From Prorocentrum cordatum (lineage: Eukaryota), in assembly GCA_963575745.1 (NCBI GenBank), contig CAUYUJ010000170.1, positions 62,001 through 126,000 on the forward strand: a DNA stretch of 64,000 bases. The letters are read 5' to 3'. A program made the position numbers and the translations under genes. Shown piece after piece: positions 36,836-49,600 of this stretch. The notes beneath the pieces were generated by a model, which saw only the letters and a list, made by a program, of their open reading frames with translations, was not told where the DNA came from and did no database searches. How positions within the stretch are numbered: position 1 is the stretch's first letter; every line of letters begins with the position of its first letter.

Positions 36836-37257
36836 AGGAGGAGGAGGAGGAGGAGGAGGGAGGAGGGGGGAGGAGAGGAGGAGGAGGAGGAGGAGGAGGA
36901 GGAGGAGGAGGAGGAGGAGGGAGCAGGAGGACGCCGCGCAGCCGCTCCTCGCATCCTGGAGGAGCGATCGCTCCTCCGGGCCTGGGCCGCGAGGCGCCGG
37001 CAGCGCGACTCTCCTCCTCGCGCCCACAGGAAGGAGACCACGTCGCCGGCAGTGCCCTCCTCCTCCTCCTCCTCCTCCTCCTCCTCCTCTCCTCCTCCTC
37101 CTCCTCCTCCCTCTCCCCCTCCTCCTCCTCCTCCTCCTCCTCCTCCTCTCCTCCTCCTCCTCCTCCTCCTCCTCCCCCTCCTCCTCCTCTTTCTCCTCCT
37201 CCTCCTCCTCCTCCTCCTCCTCCTCCTCCTCCTGCTCGCACGCGCAGCCTCGCCGGC

Positions 37258-38428
37258 TCAGAGCCGCGCCGGCGGCGCCCTGCCCCACCAGGCGAAGAGC
37301 TCCGAGCCGCGACGCGGGCCGACGGAGAGCGCCGAGGCCTCCGCCGGCGCGAGCAGCTGCAGGCCGGGCTCCAGGGCCCTGCGGTACTCCGCGACGCTGA
37401 CGGGGAAGGGCGGGCCCCTCTTGTCAGGGAGCGAGCAAGTGGCACGAGCATGCACTCAGGAGGGAAAAAAACACACAGACACAATTATTCGTCGACTCCC
37501 AGAAAATATTGGAAAATATGGGAATTGGGCGGGAAGACAAAAACCCAGAAAACATAAGAAAATATGGGAAATCTGTTTATTTGTGTGCATTTATTTGTGT
37601 GTCCCAGGGCCCCTTCAATACAGACTCGGAGGTCCGCGCGGAGTTCTCGGGTCGGCGCGGGAGGCGCCGCCAGGGGGGGTCCAGCGCCGATCCGAGGAAG
37701 CCGCGCGGGCTGCCGAGCTCTTAGACTCATGCCATTGCGTCGGCTCCCCTGTCTTCGGCTCCACGGCGTCGGCGTCGGCGGCGAGGGGGAAGATGAAGGT
37801 CAGGAGCTTGCCGTCGGGCCTCAGCAGCTCCGAGGTGCGCGCCCCCCAGCTGCCGCGCAGGGAGGGGGGCAGGGCACAGAAGAACTGAGCATTTTCTTAG
37901 GGTGGAGGGCTCAGGGTGAAATCAATCCGTCGCGTGATTCACTTATTGCAGATTCAAGCCTCGAAAATTCATCGACACGGCATTTCAGATTTCACCCTTT
38001 GCCCTCCACCCAAAGGAAACGCTCGGGAAGAAGGTGTAGTCGAAGATGAAGTCGAAGGTGCCGACGTCCGCCGTGAAGAAGTCGCCGCAGACCACCTCCG
38101 CGTCGGGGCAGAGCGGGGCGGCCTGCAGGCAGGCGGTGCTGCTGATGTCCAGGGCGACCACCTCGCGGCCGCCCTCGGCCAGGTGCTGCGCGTCGTAGGC
38201 CGAGCCGCACCCGGGCACCAGGCAGCGAGCGCCGGCCGGCACCTGCGGCGACAGGTGCACGAGCAGGGGCGTCGGGCCCCGCAGGTCCCAGGGCGTGAGG
38301 CCTTCCCTCCACGCGGCCTCCCAGAAGCCGCCGGAGCCAGGCCCGCCCGCCTCCTGGGCCCTCGAGCCGAGCTTCTCGCGCGCAGCCTCGATGGCCGAGG
38401 ACGCGGCGCGGGGCACCACTCGTCGCAT
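37258..38428 (-). CDS. Thiol/halide S-methyltransferase (HOL/TPMT family). Exons 38021-38428, 37733-37884 and 37258-37417
   Basis: Motifs FWEAAW..GLTPWDL.GPTP, LVPGCGSAYD, VVALDIS, GDFF, FDFIFDYT, FFCALPP.LR..W, LLRPDGKLLT.IFPL, GPPFPVSV..Y. Intron 2 has G|GC..AG|G and joins in frame; the protein ends in ARL. The exon 1 end depends on splicing of the MITE. Confidence 0.88.
37885..38026. mobile_element. 142-bp MITE inside the methyltransferase coding region (introner-like)
   Basis: ~39-bp imperfect TIR CTGAGCATTTTCTTAGGGTGGAGGGC..AGGGTGAAATC; 6-bp TSD GAAGAA (37879-37884, 38027-38032); a related end occurs at about 35490-35575. Confidence 0.88.
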
Positions 38429-39469
38429 GTGGCGCCAGTCCCCGAGACCCGACGCCGCGAAACAAGCGCAACACCGCGAAGGATCACGACCCGAGCCCTG
38501 GGCCCCATTTTTCTGCGGCAGTCTTCGAACCGGATCGAGCTGTGATGGTCCTGCGGCAGGGAGCAAGGCAACACCGCCGCTGCGACAAAAACCGCAGCGC
38601 CAGGATCTAAGTGTGTGTGTGACGGAAACCCAGACCCCACATTTCTGCAACGTTTGTGGAGGCCAGATCGAGCTGTGACGGCCTCGGGGCCCGAGACAAG
38701 GCGAAGCTGCTAAAGAAAATGCGACGCGAGGATCTCCTGGCACGACGGAGCCCTAGACCCCATCTTCCTGCCGCGTTTGTCGAGGCCGGACATCGAGCTA
38801 TGAGGGCGCCCCTGGAGGCCCGAAGCCGGGCGAGAACGCTCGGGGAAAAAATGCAGCGCCCAGATCTCAAGGTCCCCCTCCTCCCTCGCTCCCTCCACTC
38901 CCCACCTCCTCCCTCCCTCCCTCCCTCCCTCCCTCCCTCCCTCCCTCGACTCCCCAACTCCTCCCTCCCTCTCTCCCTCCACGGCATCAGGACCGCCTCG
39001 GTGCCCGATCCGGCCGACCGACCGACCCTCCCTCCCTCCCCCCCCAGACATCTGGCGCCGCGATGCTTTCGAGACACGGGCCCCCGACCCTTCGAACACT
39101 TCCCCAGGACCGGTTTTTCATCCCGAGTCGCCTCTTGACAGTCCCGAGGAGGAGGAGGAGGAGGAGGAGGAGGAGGAGGAGGAGGAGCAGGAGGAGGAGG
39201 AGGAGCAGTGGAAACCATCCATCCAACGGTTCCACTGAGGGAGCTGCCTCGTTGGAAGACATCCGTTTGAAGACCCTGAAGCACGCCAAAACAATGTTCT
39301 CGGAATTCCAACGCCACGAATCAACCTGACTGTTGCGTCTTGACGGTCTTGAATTGTGCCAGATCACCATTCCTGAGGATTCAACACAGCGAATCAGCGT
39401 AACTGTTGCACCCTCATTGTCCTGAGCCCTTCCCAACACATCGTTTTTGGTACGCTGACCATGGGAATA

Positions 39470-39905
39470 TGTGAAACGCTTGCAAATGTTGAAAACGAAT
39501 GTGCGCGGCGCTGAGGCGAGAGCCACATTACGAAAACGAACCACCCTCAACCCGTGAAGCTCTTGCAATTTGTTAAAAGGAATGCGCGCGCCGCTGAAGC
39601 GAGAGCCACATTCTGAAAACGACCCGCCCTCGATCCGTGAAACGCTTGCAAATGTTTAGAGCAAATGTGCGCGGCGCCCAGGCGAGAGCCGAATTTTGAC
39701 AACGACCCGCCCTCAATCGGTGAAGCTCCTGCAAACTGTTGGAACGAATGTGCGCGGCGCTAAGACGAGAGCCACATTTTGCAAACGACCCGCTCTCAAT
39801 CCGTGAAGCTTTTGCAAAAGTTTAAAATGAATGTGCGCGGTGCAAGAAAACAAGAGCCGCATTTTGAAAACGACCCGCCCTCACTCCGTGAAGCTCTTGT
39901 CATGT
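39470..39905. repeat. ~83-bp tandem repeat (about 5 copies); inverted relative at about 32500-32680
   Basis: GTGAA(A)GC at about 39471, 39554, 39637, 39720, 39803 and 39888. Confidence 0.88.
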
Positions 39906-42900
39906 TCAGAGCTTCAGGGTCATGAATGGTGAGGACGTCTCAGGCAAAACGCCCAGCCCGCACTAAAAACTGGCCTCGCGGTGCGACAGGGAGAAGTTGC
40001 TGATAAGGAAAAGGAATGGAGGAGGAGGAGGAGGAGGCGGAGGAGGAGGAGGAGGCGGAGGACGAGAAGGAGAAGGAGGCCCGGCAAGGGCCCCAGAGGG
40101 GCGGAACCCTGCGAGAAGCCCTGCGCATCCCGACCCTGCTGCGACGCCAGATCGGCCTGGGCCCCTCCCTCTCCCTGCGATGGCCCCCCGGGGCCAGGCC
40201 TGGAGCCCCGGCGCCGCGATAGCTTCGCAACGTCGACGCGTCGACCTCCAGAGGTCGGGACCCCCATCCCCAAAAACCTCCAAGAGGTCGGGACCCCCGA
40301 CGTCGTGATTGCTTCACAGCTCGGGGGCGGCCACGAGGGGGGCGTCCAAGAGGGGGGGGCGCACATCGCGGCCGGCGGCACGTGCGCGGCCCAGGGGGGG
40401 CCTCGGGACGCATTGAAACAAGACGAGGCGCCATGAGGTCTGGGGAGATGTCGTGGCCCCCGCCATGAGATCCCCCCCTTGCTCATCCCTCCTCTCTGCC
40501 GCCCCCGACCAGAGGTCGGGACCCCCGTCCCCGAGGACCGGCCTTGCATCCTGAGTAGTCTTTGGACGGCCGCGAGGCCCGGGGGAGGCTGCCGGAAGCC
40601 GAGTGGAGACCTCCAACCGCAAAAAAATAAGAATGCTCAAAACATATTCACAACATGGTCAAACGTATGTTCAACAAAAAACGTCCCCAAGTGAGCGCGT
40701 TTCTTTATTTCGGCGGTAATGGGTATTATACAGCGGGGAGGGGCCAGGGGGTGGTATCATGTAACGCCTCCCCCCCGGCCGTGCGCACGGCGGCAGTGCC
40801 CAGGGGGCGCCGGGGGCTATAATGCCCATGATGCCCCAAGCGATAAAGAAACACTCTCGATTATTATTTGGCTGTTTTTGAATACTCCTCCTGTATAGGG
40901 ACACGCCCGACTTGAGACAAGGCAGGCTCGGCCGCTGGAGGAGGGGGAGGATCAGGAGCAGGAGCAGGCGCAGTAGGAGGAGGAGGAGGAGGAGGAGGAG
41001 GAGGAGAGAGGAGGAGGGAGGAGAGAGAGGAGAAGGAGTAGAAGGAGGGGAGGAGGAGGAGGTGGGATGAACAGATCAGGAGCGCAAGAGGCGGCGCCAG
41101 CATCTCGGGGGGTGGCCCTGCGGCCCCCGGGCGGGCGGGCGGCGCCCGCCCTGCCCGCCGCGGCCCTCTCGAGCCAGGGCTGCGAGCTGGGGCGGAGGGG
41201 CGGGCGACGTGCCGCAGTTCGGCGGTGGACAGGACTCCCTTCCGTAAGCCACCCTCCTCCTCCTCCCCCTCCTCCTCCTCCTCCTCCTCCTCCTCCTCCT
41301 CCTCCTCCTCCTCCTCCTCCCTTCCCCTCCTCCCTCCTCCTCCTCCTCCTCCTCCTCCCTCCTCCTCCTCTCTCCTCCCTTCCCTCCTCCTCCTTCCCCC
41401 TCCTCCTCCTCCTCCTCCTTCCTCCTCCTCCTCCTCCTCCTCCTCCTCCTCCTTCTGCTTGCTCCTCGAACCTGGGGGGCGTGCCCCTCGGCGGTGGACA
41501 AATCTCCATTCAGTGAACCACCCTGCCTAGGACCAAACCGACGGACCTGGAGCCGCAAAAGGGACGGCCGCGAGGCACTCCCGCGAACCGAAAGCGGCCA
41601 ATGCGCTCATCGACGTGTCAGGGCTGGAGGTCTATCAACCTCCGAGCAGTTGTCACTGCACCGACCTTGCAGACGTGCTCCAGCGGTTTTTGTTGGATGG
41701 ATTCCTGTTAATGCAGAACCCCGAATCTCGGCGGTGGACAAACCTCCATTTAGAAAACCACCTTTTAGTGAAAACGGCCTAAGACCGAAACCGACGGACT
41801 TGGGCCCGCTCTCGCGGACCGAGAACGGCCAATGCGCTAATCGACGTGTCAGGGTTGGAGGTCTATCAACTTCCGAGCAGTTGTCACTGCACCGACCTTG
41901 CAGACGTGCTCCAGCGGTTTTTGTTGAATGGATTCCTGTCAATGCAGAACCCCGCGACGGCGAGCGAAAAGCGAAATGAATTTCTTGTGGATGTTTGTTC
42001 AGTCTTCATTCCCGGCAAAAAATATGCACGAAAGCCACTTCGCAATCCGGAGCGACACTCTCCAGGACAATCCGGGCCCATCCCATTGTTTTCCGAGCGA
42101 AATCCGCTCCACGATGTTGGCGCCGTGAGTCGTGAGAAAGTCACGACGGGAGGTTCTTCAATATTTTCGGCCTCCGGGGGCCCTCGGGCCCCCGGACCTC
42201 CTCGCGTTGCGAATGGATCACGACGGGAGGTTTTTCGTTGCTCCCGGCCTCCGTCAGAACGACTCCTGGCGAAAAACTGGTCCTGGGGAAGCGGTCCGGA
42301 TCTCTGGGGGTCGACGTTGTGAAACAATCACGACGTCGGGGGTCTGGGGACGGGGCCTTCTGGCGCGCGGACGTCCTTTCGGTTCGCACGTTTTTCCCAC
42401 AAGATGATCCAAGATGCTTCTCGATTGTCATCGCCGGAAAACAAAAACAACAAAAAAACAACAACAACAAAAAACGCACACGTCCGAGCGACGCCAAGGG
42501 GCCTAACAAGCTGAGGGCGTTGTTAGCCCCGTTTTCAACATCGACAATTCTTTCCGTTTTGGGCGCGGCTTTTGTGACGTTCTCAAGTGCGGCATCAACC
42601 CGTGGCCCACCTGCTCGTTTTCTTTCCGCTTTCAATGCTTCCATTATACGTTTTTAGTCTCACAATGCCGCCTAACTGACGTCCACATTCCAGGATGTCG
42701 GCTATAGAACGGCTTGGACAAATCAAAAGCGGAAAGTGGAAAACGAAGGAAAACGAACACAAAACAATAACAAGACAAACAAGAAACCGCCACCAGCGTG
42801 AAGAACAGCGAAGGACGGAGCCGCCCCCGGGCCTCACCTCTCAATGCTGTCTTCGTGGCCGCTGTAAGATACAAGAGGGCAAACATTGGCATAAAAAACA

Positions 42901-43304
42901 CCCAACTCAACATCGCAGACCCACCCGCTTTCAACACTGGAATCTGGAGAAACCCAAAAGTACCCATACCGCTACTCCCCGGACCTCTCCCGGGGGGCGT
43001 TCTGACGGGAATTTCGAAGCGAATCCAGCGGTGGTGACGAGAGCCTCCCAGGAGGCCCACAAAGGGGGAACACTGGCGAAGGGTAGCGGTATGGGCACCT
43101 ACGAAACCCTGGGGGGAGGCCCAGATTGCGGAAGGACGCCTGTAGTGGATTCTGTTGCGGCGCATAATAGTGGCTTGGGTGGCGGGGACCCCCAGCTGAT
43201 AAAGCGCGCGAACTGTCCTGGCCACGCCTGCCTCCTCCCCATCCTGCTCCTCCTGCTCCTCCTCCTCCTCCTCCTCCTCCTCCTCGTCCTCCTCCTCCTC
43301 CTCC

Positions 43305-43342
43305 TCATTGCCATCATCATCTTCTTCATCATCATCAGCATC

Positions 43343-43422
<80 letters not shown>

Positions 43423-43432
43423 CATCCTCATT

Positions 43433-43481
<49 letters not shown>

Positions 43482-43938
43482 ACATCATCATCATCGTCAC
43501 CATAATCATCATCATCATCAGCATCCTCATCATCATCAACATCATCAGCATCATCAGCACCACAATAAACATAATCATTATCATGAGTTTCATTATCAGC
43601 ATCATCATCAACATCATCACCATCATCATCCTCATCATCATCCTTGGTCTCATCCTCATCATCAGTTTCAGCATCACCATCATGAGTTTCCTCCTCCTCC
43701 TCATCATCATCCTCATCCGAATCCTCAGCTTCTCTATCAGCATCGTTATTATCATCATCCGCATGATCAACAACAACACCATCACCATCAGCATCACCAT
43801 CAGTACGGTAATCAACATCATCGTCATCATCACCATCAGCATCACCATCATAATCAGCATGATCGTCATCATAATCAGCATCAGCAGCATGCTCATCCTC
43901 ATCATCATGATCATCATGATCATCATGATCATCACCAT

Positions 43939-43972
<34 letters not shown>

Positions 43973-43995
43973 AGCAGCATCAGCATCAGCATCGT
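43305..43995. repeat. (CAT)n microsatellite
   Basis: Direct inspection. Confidence 0.95.
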
Positions 43996-44255
43996 CAATA
44001 GGGCACAACCTGAACAGTGTCTTCTGTTCTCTCTTCGCTTTCGCTTAAAACGAAGATTGAGCGAAAACGCCGGCCAGCATCGCGCGGGCCGTCCGGCCCA
44101 CGAGCACCAGAAAACAAACGCATAACAGAACGGTGGCACGGCCGCGGGCCACCAACAAAACGAGGAACTAAACCAGCGAGCACCAGGCGACATCAAGCAG
44201 CAAGAGCGCGAGTAACAATTTAAGTGACCCGTGAGCACACACACACACACACTGA

Positions 44256-45207
44256 CAGCACAACCCCCCAGCACAACCCCCCTCCGCACAACCCCCCTCC
44301 GCACAATCATCCAGCACAACCCCCCAGCACAACCCCCCAGCACAACGCCTCAGCACAACCCCCAGCACAGCCCCCTGGCACAACCCCCTGGCACAACCCC
44401 GCAACACAGTCCCCCAGCACATACCTCGAGTACACCCCCCCAGCACAACCCCCCCAGCACAACCCCCCCAGGGTTGTGCTGGGGGGTTGTGCTAGGGGTT
44501 TGTGGTGGGGGGTTGTGCTAGGGAGTTGTGCCATGGAGTTGTGCTGGGAAGATGTGCCAGGGGTTTGTGCCAGAGGGTTGTGCTGGGGGTTGTGCGGGGG
44601 GTTGTGCTGGAGGGTTGTGCATGGGGGTTGTGCTGGGGAGTTGTACTAGGCGGTTGTGCTGGGGGAGACTGCTGGGGGGTTGTGCTAGTGGGTTGTGCTG
44701 GGGGGGTTGTGCTGAGGGATTGTGCTGAGGGGATTGTGCTGAGGGGATTGCGCCAGGGGGTTTATGCTTGGAGGTTGTGCTGGGGGTTGTGCCAAGGGAT
44801 TATGCTGGGGGTTGTGCTGGGAGGTTGTGCTGGGTGGTTATGCTGGGGTGTTGTGCTGGGAGGTTGTGCTGGGGGAGTGTGCTGAGGGGGTTGTGCTGGG
44901 GCGTTGTGTTGGGGGTTGTGCCAGGGAGTTCTGCTGGGGGTTGTGCTGGGGGATTGTGCTGGGGGATTGTGCTGGGGGATTATGCTGGGGAGTTGTGCTG
45001 GGAGTTGTGCTGGGGGTTTTGTGCTGGGGGATTGTGCTGGGAGGTTGTGCACATGGGTTGTGCTGAGGGGTTGTGCTAGGGAGGTGTGCCAAGGAGTTCT
45101 GCTGGGGGGTTGTGCTGAAGTTTGCGCCAAAGGGGTTGTGCTGGAAGTTGTGCTGGGGGATTATGAGGGAGAGGGGTGTGTGCAGGAGGGTTGTGCTGGG
45201 GGGGGGG
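44256..45207. repeat. ~13-bp satellite (CAGCACAACCCCC)n that flips orientation at about 44470
   Basis: CAGCACAACCCCCCCA|GGGTTGTGCTGGGG junction. Confidence 0.9.
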
Positions 45208-45307
45208 NNNNNNNNNNNNNNNNNNNNNNNNNNNNNNNNNNNNNNNNNNNNNNNNNNNNNNNNNNNNNNNNNNNNNNNNNNNNNNNNNNNNNNNNNNNNN
45301 NNNNNNN
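45208..45307. other. Assembly gap (100 N)
   Basis: Run of N. Confidence 1.
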
Positions 45308-46620
45308 TCGCTGGTCGACACTCTGCATCCGACTCCATGCCGTAGGAGGTGGGGACAAAGCCACGAAGTCTGGGTCCACTGCGACCAGGTACGCCCGTGC
45401 CTCGTTCCTGCCCTGGACCGTCAGGAGGTCGAACTCTGGCGCTGCGATGGGCTGGTGGGCGTCCCATCCCATGCTCGCCGCCAGGATCGTGAGTTGGCAA
45501 GCCCATGCGAAGACCTCTACGATCCTCCAGGGCCCCGGCCGCCGCCGGGTCTCCTTCTGAAAAGGCAGTGCACGTTCCTCCTGGTAGTATCTGAGGGCGT
45601 CCTGCTCCTGCTGATCAGCCCGAAGCTTCCTGTTCGCCATTTCCTCGGTCATCAGAACCTCCAGCTCCTTCAGGTTGCTCCGGACGTGCCTGCGAGCACC
45701 TTTCGTCATGAAAACCTCGTTGTCCGCGTTCTCCATGAAAACCTCCTCGTCACTCGATGCCGTCTCCGCGGACTCTGGGTCGCTGGTGTGATAGTGGGAT
45801 GTGCTCAGCTCTGAGTCGCCTGCGCCCTGGCCGTCGTTGCTGTCAGAATCGTGCGAGTCCTCCTCCTCGACGGTCTCAGCGACGCTGCGCTCATCCTTCT
45901 CCTCGTGACTCGCAATTCCGCTGAACATCTCGTCTGCGAGCTCGTCCTGCTCCTCGGACTGTCCGACGGGGAAGGCACTCGTGACCGGTGCCGGGAAATC
46001 CAGCAATGACACGCACGGATGCCCGGACGCAGCCGGGACCAACGGCTTGGTCACACCATTCGCCGTGAAAGTACCGTTCCTGAAGCTGATTGCTGCGCCC
46101 CACTCTGCCATCTCATCAGGGCCGATGAGACCTGGCACCTCGGCATCGACCTCGGAGATCACAACTTCGCCCTGCGTACCGTTGATGCCGACTGTGTAGC
46201 ACCACGCACGCTCTGACAAGAGCGGCACGCCTGGGCCGAACTTGAAGTACTCGCGCTGATTGATGCTGTGGCACGGCACGCCCATGGCATCCAAAGTCTT
46301 CTGCAGCTCGACATGCCACAGACGTCCACCGACAGCCCGCTTGCAGCCCGTGTCAATCATAGCCAGCCCCGCGGGCAAGACAACAAGCATGACGGACTGC
46401 TCATCTACCACCTTGCGGGGGCACTCCTCTCGGGTGGTGACCATGTGGGCCGCAGATCCCCCTTTTGCTGCCCAAGGGTCTGCGCCCTTTGCTGCCCAGG
46501 GGTCCGCGCCCCCTTTGACGGCAACATCCTCCCCAGTCGGGGCGGCAGAGGTTAGTCCTGGCACAGCTCCGTCTGGGGTGTTCTTGGAAGGTTCCCCTTC
46601 ATCCTTCTTGGGCTTCTCCA
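45308..46620 (-). CDS. Pol N-terminus: retroviral-type aspartic protease, acidic linker, start of a DNMT-like domain
   Basis: GLAMIDTGCKRAVGG..W, FKFGPG and VPGLIG are protease motifs; WRIVEVFAW...GW...FDLL...PDFVALSPPPTAWS resembles C5-MTase motifs I-IV. Confidence 0.75.
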
Positions 46621-49600
46621 CGTGTAATGAATCACCGACTTCAGCGAACACTTCTTGCACTTCGCGAAGATCACGGTGCCGTTTGACTGCCACTTCAACT
46701 CGCCCACAGGATGAACACATTCAGCCTGCTGCTGCATGAGCTCGGGGTCGAACTTCGCCTTCGGGCCTGGAACCAGCCTCTCGCCGTCGAACTGCGAGTC
46801 GTACTTGGCTCGATGCATCTGCTGCTTCTCCAGGTCACTCTGCGTGGCACCGACACTCATGACGTAGCTCCGTCCAGAGGCGGTGACTACACGCGGGACT
46901 CCAGATGCAGCTGAAGATTCCGTCGCAGCGGCAGGGGCACCTGAGCTCGCGGCTCCTGGAGGCGCTGGAAGGTGGACACGCCGTCGTATTGCCTCCATGT
47001 TCTTCCACACGCTTCCGACTCCCTGCTGCTCAGGAGATGTGGGCAGGGCGCGCTCTGGCAGAGGTGCCTGCTCACGTCGCTTCTGTAGGCCGTCGTAGAC
47101 CTCGCATGGGTTCAATCGGGTGTGCATCTCCATCTCCTGTTTCTCTATCAGCGCGAGGCGATCCAGCAACTCAGCTTTATCACGCTGCAAAACCTCTAGT
47201 CGCTTCTTTTCCTCGCTCTTTCTCACTTCCTCGGAGGCTCCTGCCATGACCCAGTCCTCTTCCTTAGGGACAGCGGCGGCCTCCCCAGTCAGAGCGGCAG
47301 ACGTTAGTCCAGGCACAGCTCCGTCTGGGGATTCTTTGGTCTTCGATGCTCCCTTTGCCGACGCCTCCACCACGTATACGGGATGGGCCCTCGCAGGGCC
47401 GCTGGATAAGGAGAAATCTGGCTTCTCGCAGCGGCGCGTGTAGAGATTGAGGCGCACGATGCGATCGTTCTTAGTGATGAAGTGGATGGTTGCCGGCGGC
47501 GTCAGGTAATCCCTGAAGACATCCTGACGCGGATGCCAGCTGCAGAAGATCTCGTCCATCTCTTCTGGCGTGAACGGCACCTCCTTATCCTCACGCCGCT
47601 GGTCGTTGTCGTCCTCGGTGGCCTCAGGATCCTCGCTGGCCTCGTCCTCGTTCTTCACCTCCTTGCTGCTTCTTGCCTTCTTTCTCTCTTTCTTCTCTTC
47701 TTTGCTGCTCCTCGCCTTCTTCTTCTTCTTCTCTTTCTTTTCTTCCTTTTCTTCCTTCTCACCGCGGTCTTCTAGTGGACTCCGCTTCTCTTTCTTCACA
47801 CCGCGGCCTCCTGGTGCACTCCGCGACCTTGAACGCGAGGAAGCCTCCGCCTCGGGCGGAGGAGGGGCACGAGGCTCGCGAAGAACAGCTCCCCGATCAC
47901 GCTGGCGGTCGTCCCGACGATCTCGATGATGATCTTCACGCTGCTTGGTGTCACGACTCCCGCCTTCACCGCGCCGATCGTCACGGGGCTTGGTATCACG
48001 ATTGCCGCCCATCACGATCTTGAATATAGTTGCCGTGATCTCGTCGAGATCCACCTCAGCCGCCGCACAAGGCCTCGATGTGGCCAGCTGCAGGCGCACG
48101 AGCCGACCCTGGACGAAGTCGAGGCTCTCGAAGCGGCCTTGCTTGAAGAAGATAGGCTTCTTGTTCGCCACGCGCTCCACGATGTGATGGACCGTGGCAA
48201 GGTCAGGAAACTCCAACTCCACGCTGTGCCCCTTTGCGTGGGTGTTGGCCAGAATGCGATGGCAACGCTCGACAGCATCCTCGTCCTCCTGATCCTCCCC
48301 GCGCCTGGCACGGGCGCGCGCGCGTTCATCACTGCTCTGTGCGGCCCCTGGGCCGTCGTCGGCGTCCTGGCGTAGGCTCGGCGCAGGCATGCTTATGGGC
48401 CTGGGGTGCATAATGATCCGCTCTGGCGCGTCCGCTCGACCCTCCACTGGATGCCTCTGGGCAGGCACCGACTGGGGGGCACGGCGCCATGGAGCGCGGC
48501 CACGACGCTCCTCGGCACTGCCTGCCATGCCAACCCAGTGGACGATCGGTCCATGCACCTGCCTAGGCGCCGGCGGCTTCACAGAGGTCCGCTGGTTGGG
48601 CGACGCTGGCTGGCCATTCTTAGGCCCGATCTTGTTGTAAGGCTCGCGCTCGCCACTCTTCACCTTGGGGCACTCCGGGTCGCCACGCCAGTGGCCAGGC
48701 TGATCGCAGTCAGCACACCGGCTGTTAGCCTTGCGCTGGTCTGTCGGCTTCCGACCAGCCTGGAAGGAGCCGCTAGCGTTGATCTTCTTGGGGTCCCGCT
48801 GCCGAGGAGCAACGAACCCGCGCTTCTGACGCTGTACCGCCGTCTTCTGCTTGGCCCTCCAGCCGGCCAAGAACGCTTCCTGAAGATCCTCCGGTGCCTC
48901 GTACTCCTCGTCGCCAGGCCCGTCGTTGTCCGACACCAGCTCCTCGTCGACCTCAGCGCCGTCCTCGAAGAGGGTACCCTCGGCCCCTCCATGGTCTCCA
49001 TCGTCCTGGTCGTCTGCTTCATCTTCGTCATGATGCGCCTCCTCGAGGTCGCCGTGGTGTTCATCGTAGTCTTCGCCGTTCTCTACCTCGTGTACGTGCT
49101 GGCCAGGGCGTCCTCGCAGCACGCATGGCCTACGAGCCATGGGAGGGTGCGGATAGCGACCGCCCGAACTCCCAGAGGAGCGCCCGTGCTCACGCTGCGC
49201 CGCAAACGGCGAGCGGCGAGGGAGCACTGAGCGATTCTCGGTGTCGTGCACCTTCGAATAGGCTGCCTTCAGCATAACCTCCATCCGCTTCGAGTCGTAG
49301 ATGCCGCCACAGTTGAAGAGCACCTGCGCTCGCTCCTTCTGCGACAGTCCAGCGCCACGAAGCATCTTGCTTGCCAATGCGCGATCGCTGATCGCTGATG
49401 TGGGATCCTCGAGCTGCAACTCCATGAGCTTCTTGCGCAGGTACGTGGTCCAATCCATGATCGGCTGCCCAGCTCGACGGTGTGCTCGCTCCCAATCCTG
49501 ATGCACCTGATCGAGGCGCTCGTGATCCATCTTCTCGAAGGCGTCGTCGTAGATAGCAAAGATGGTCTCGAGCGTCTCCTCGCGTCGGAGGTCCGACGCG

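Noticed and set aside
39205..39445. Possible coding fragment
   Set aside because: No motif or consistent splice pattern identified.
42644..44343. Poly-Asp, poly-Ile and poly-Met ORFs (also at 12596-13383, 17563-18483, 30267-31397)
   Set aside because: Translations of trinucleotide microsatellites.
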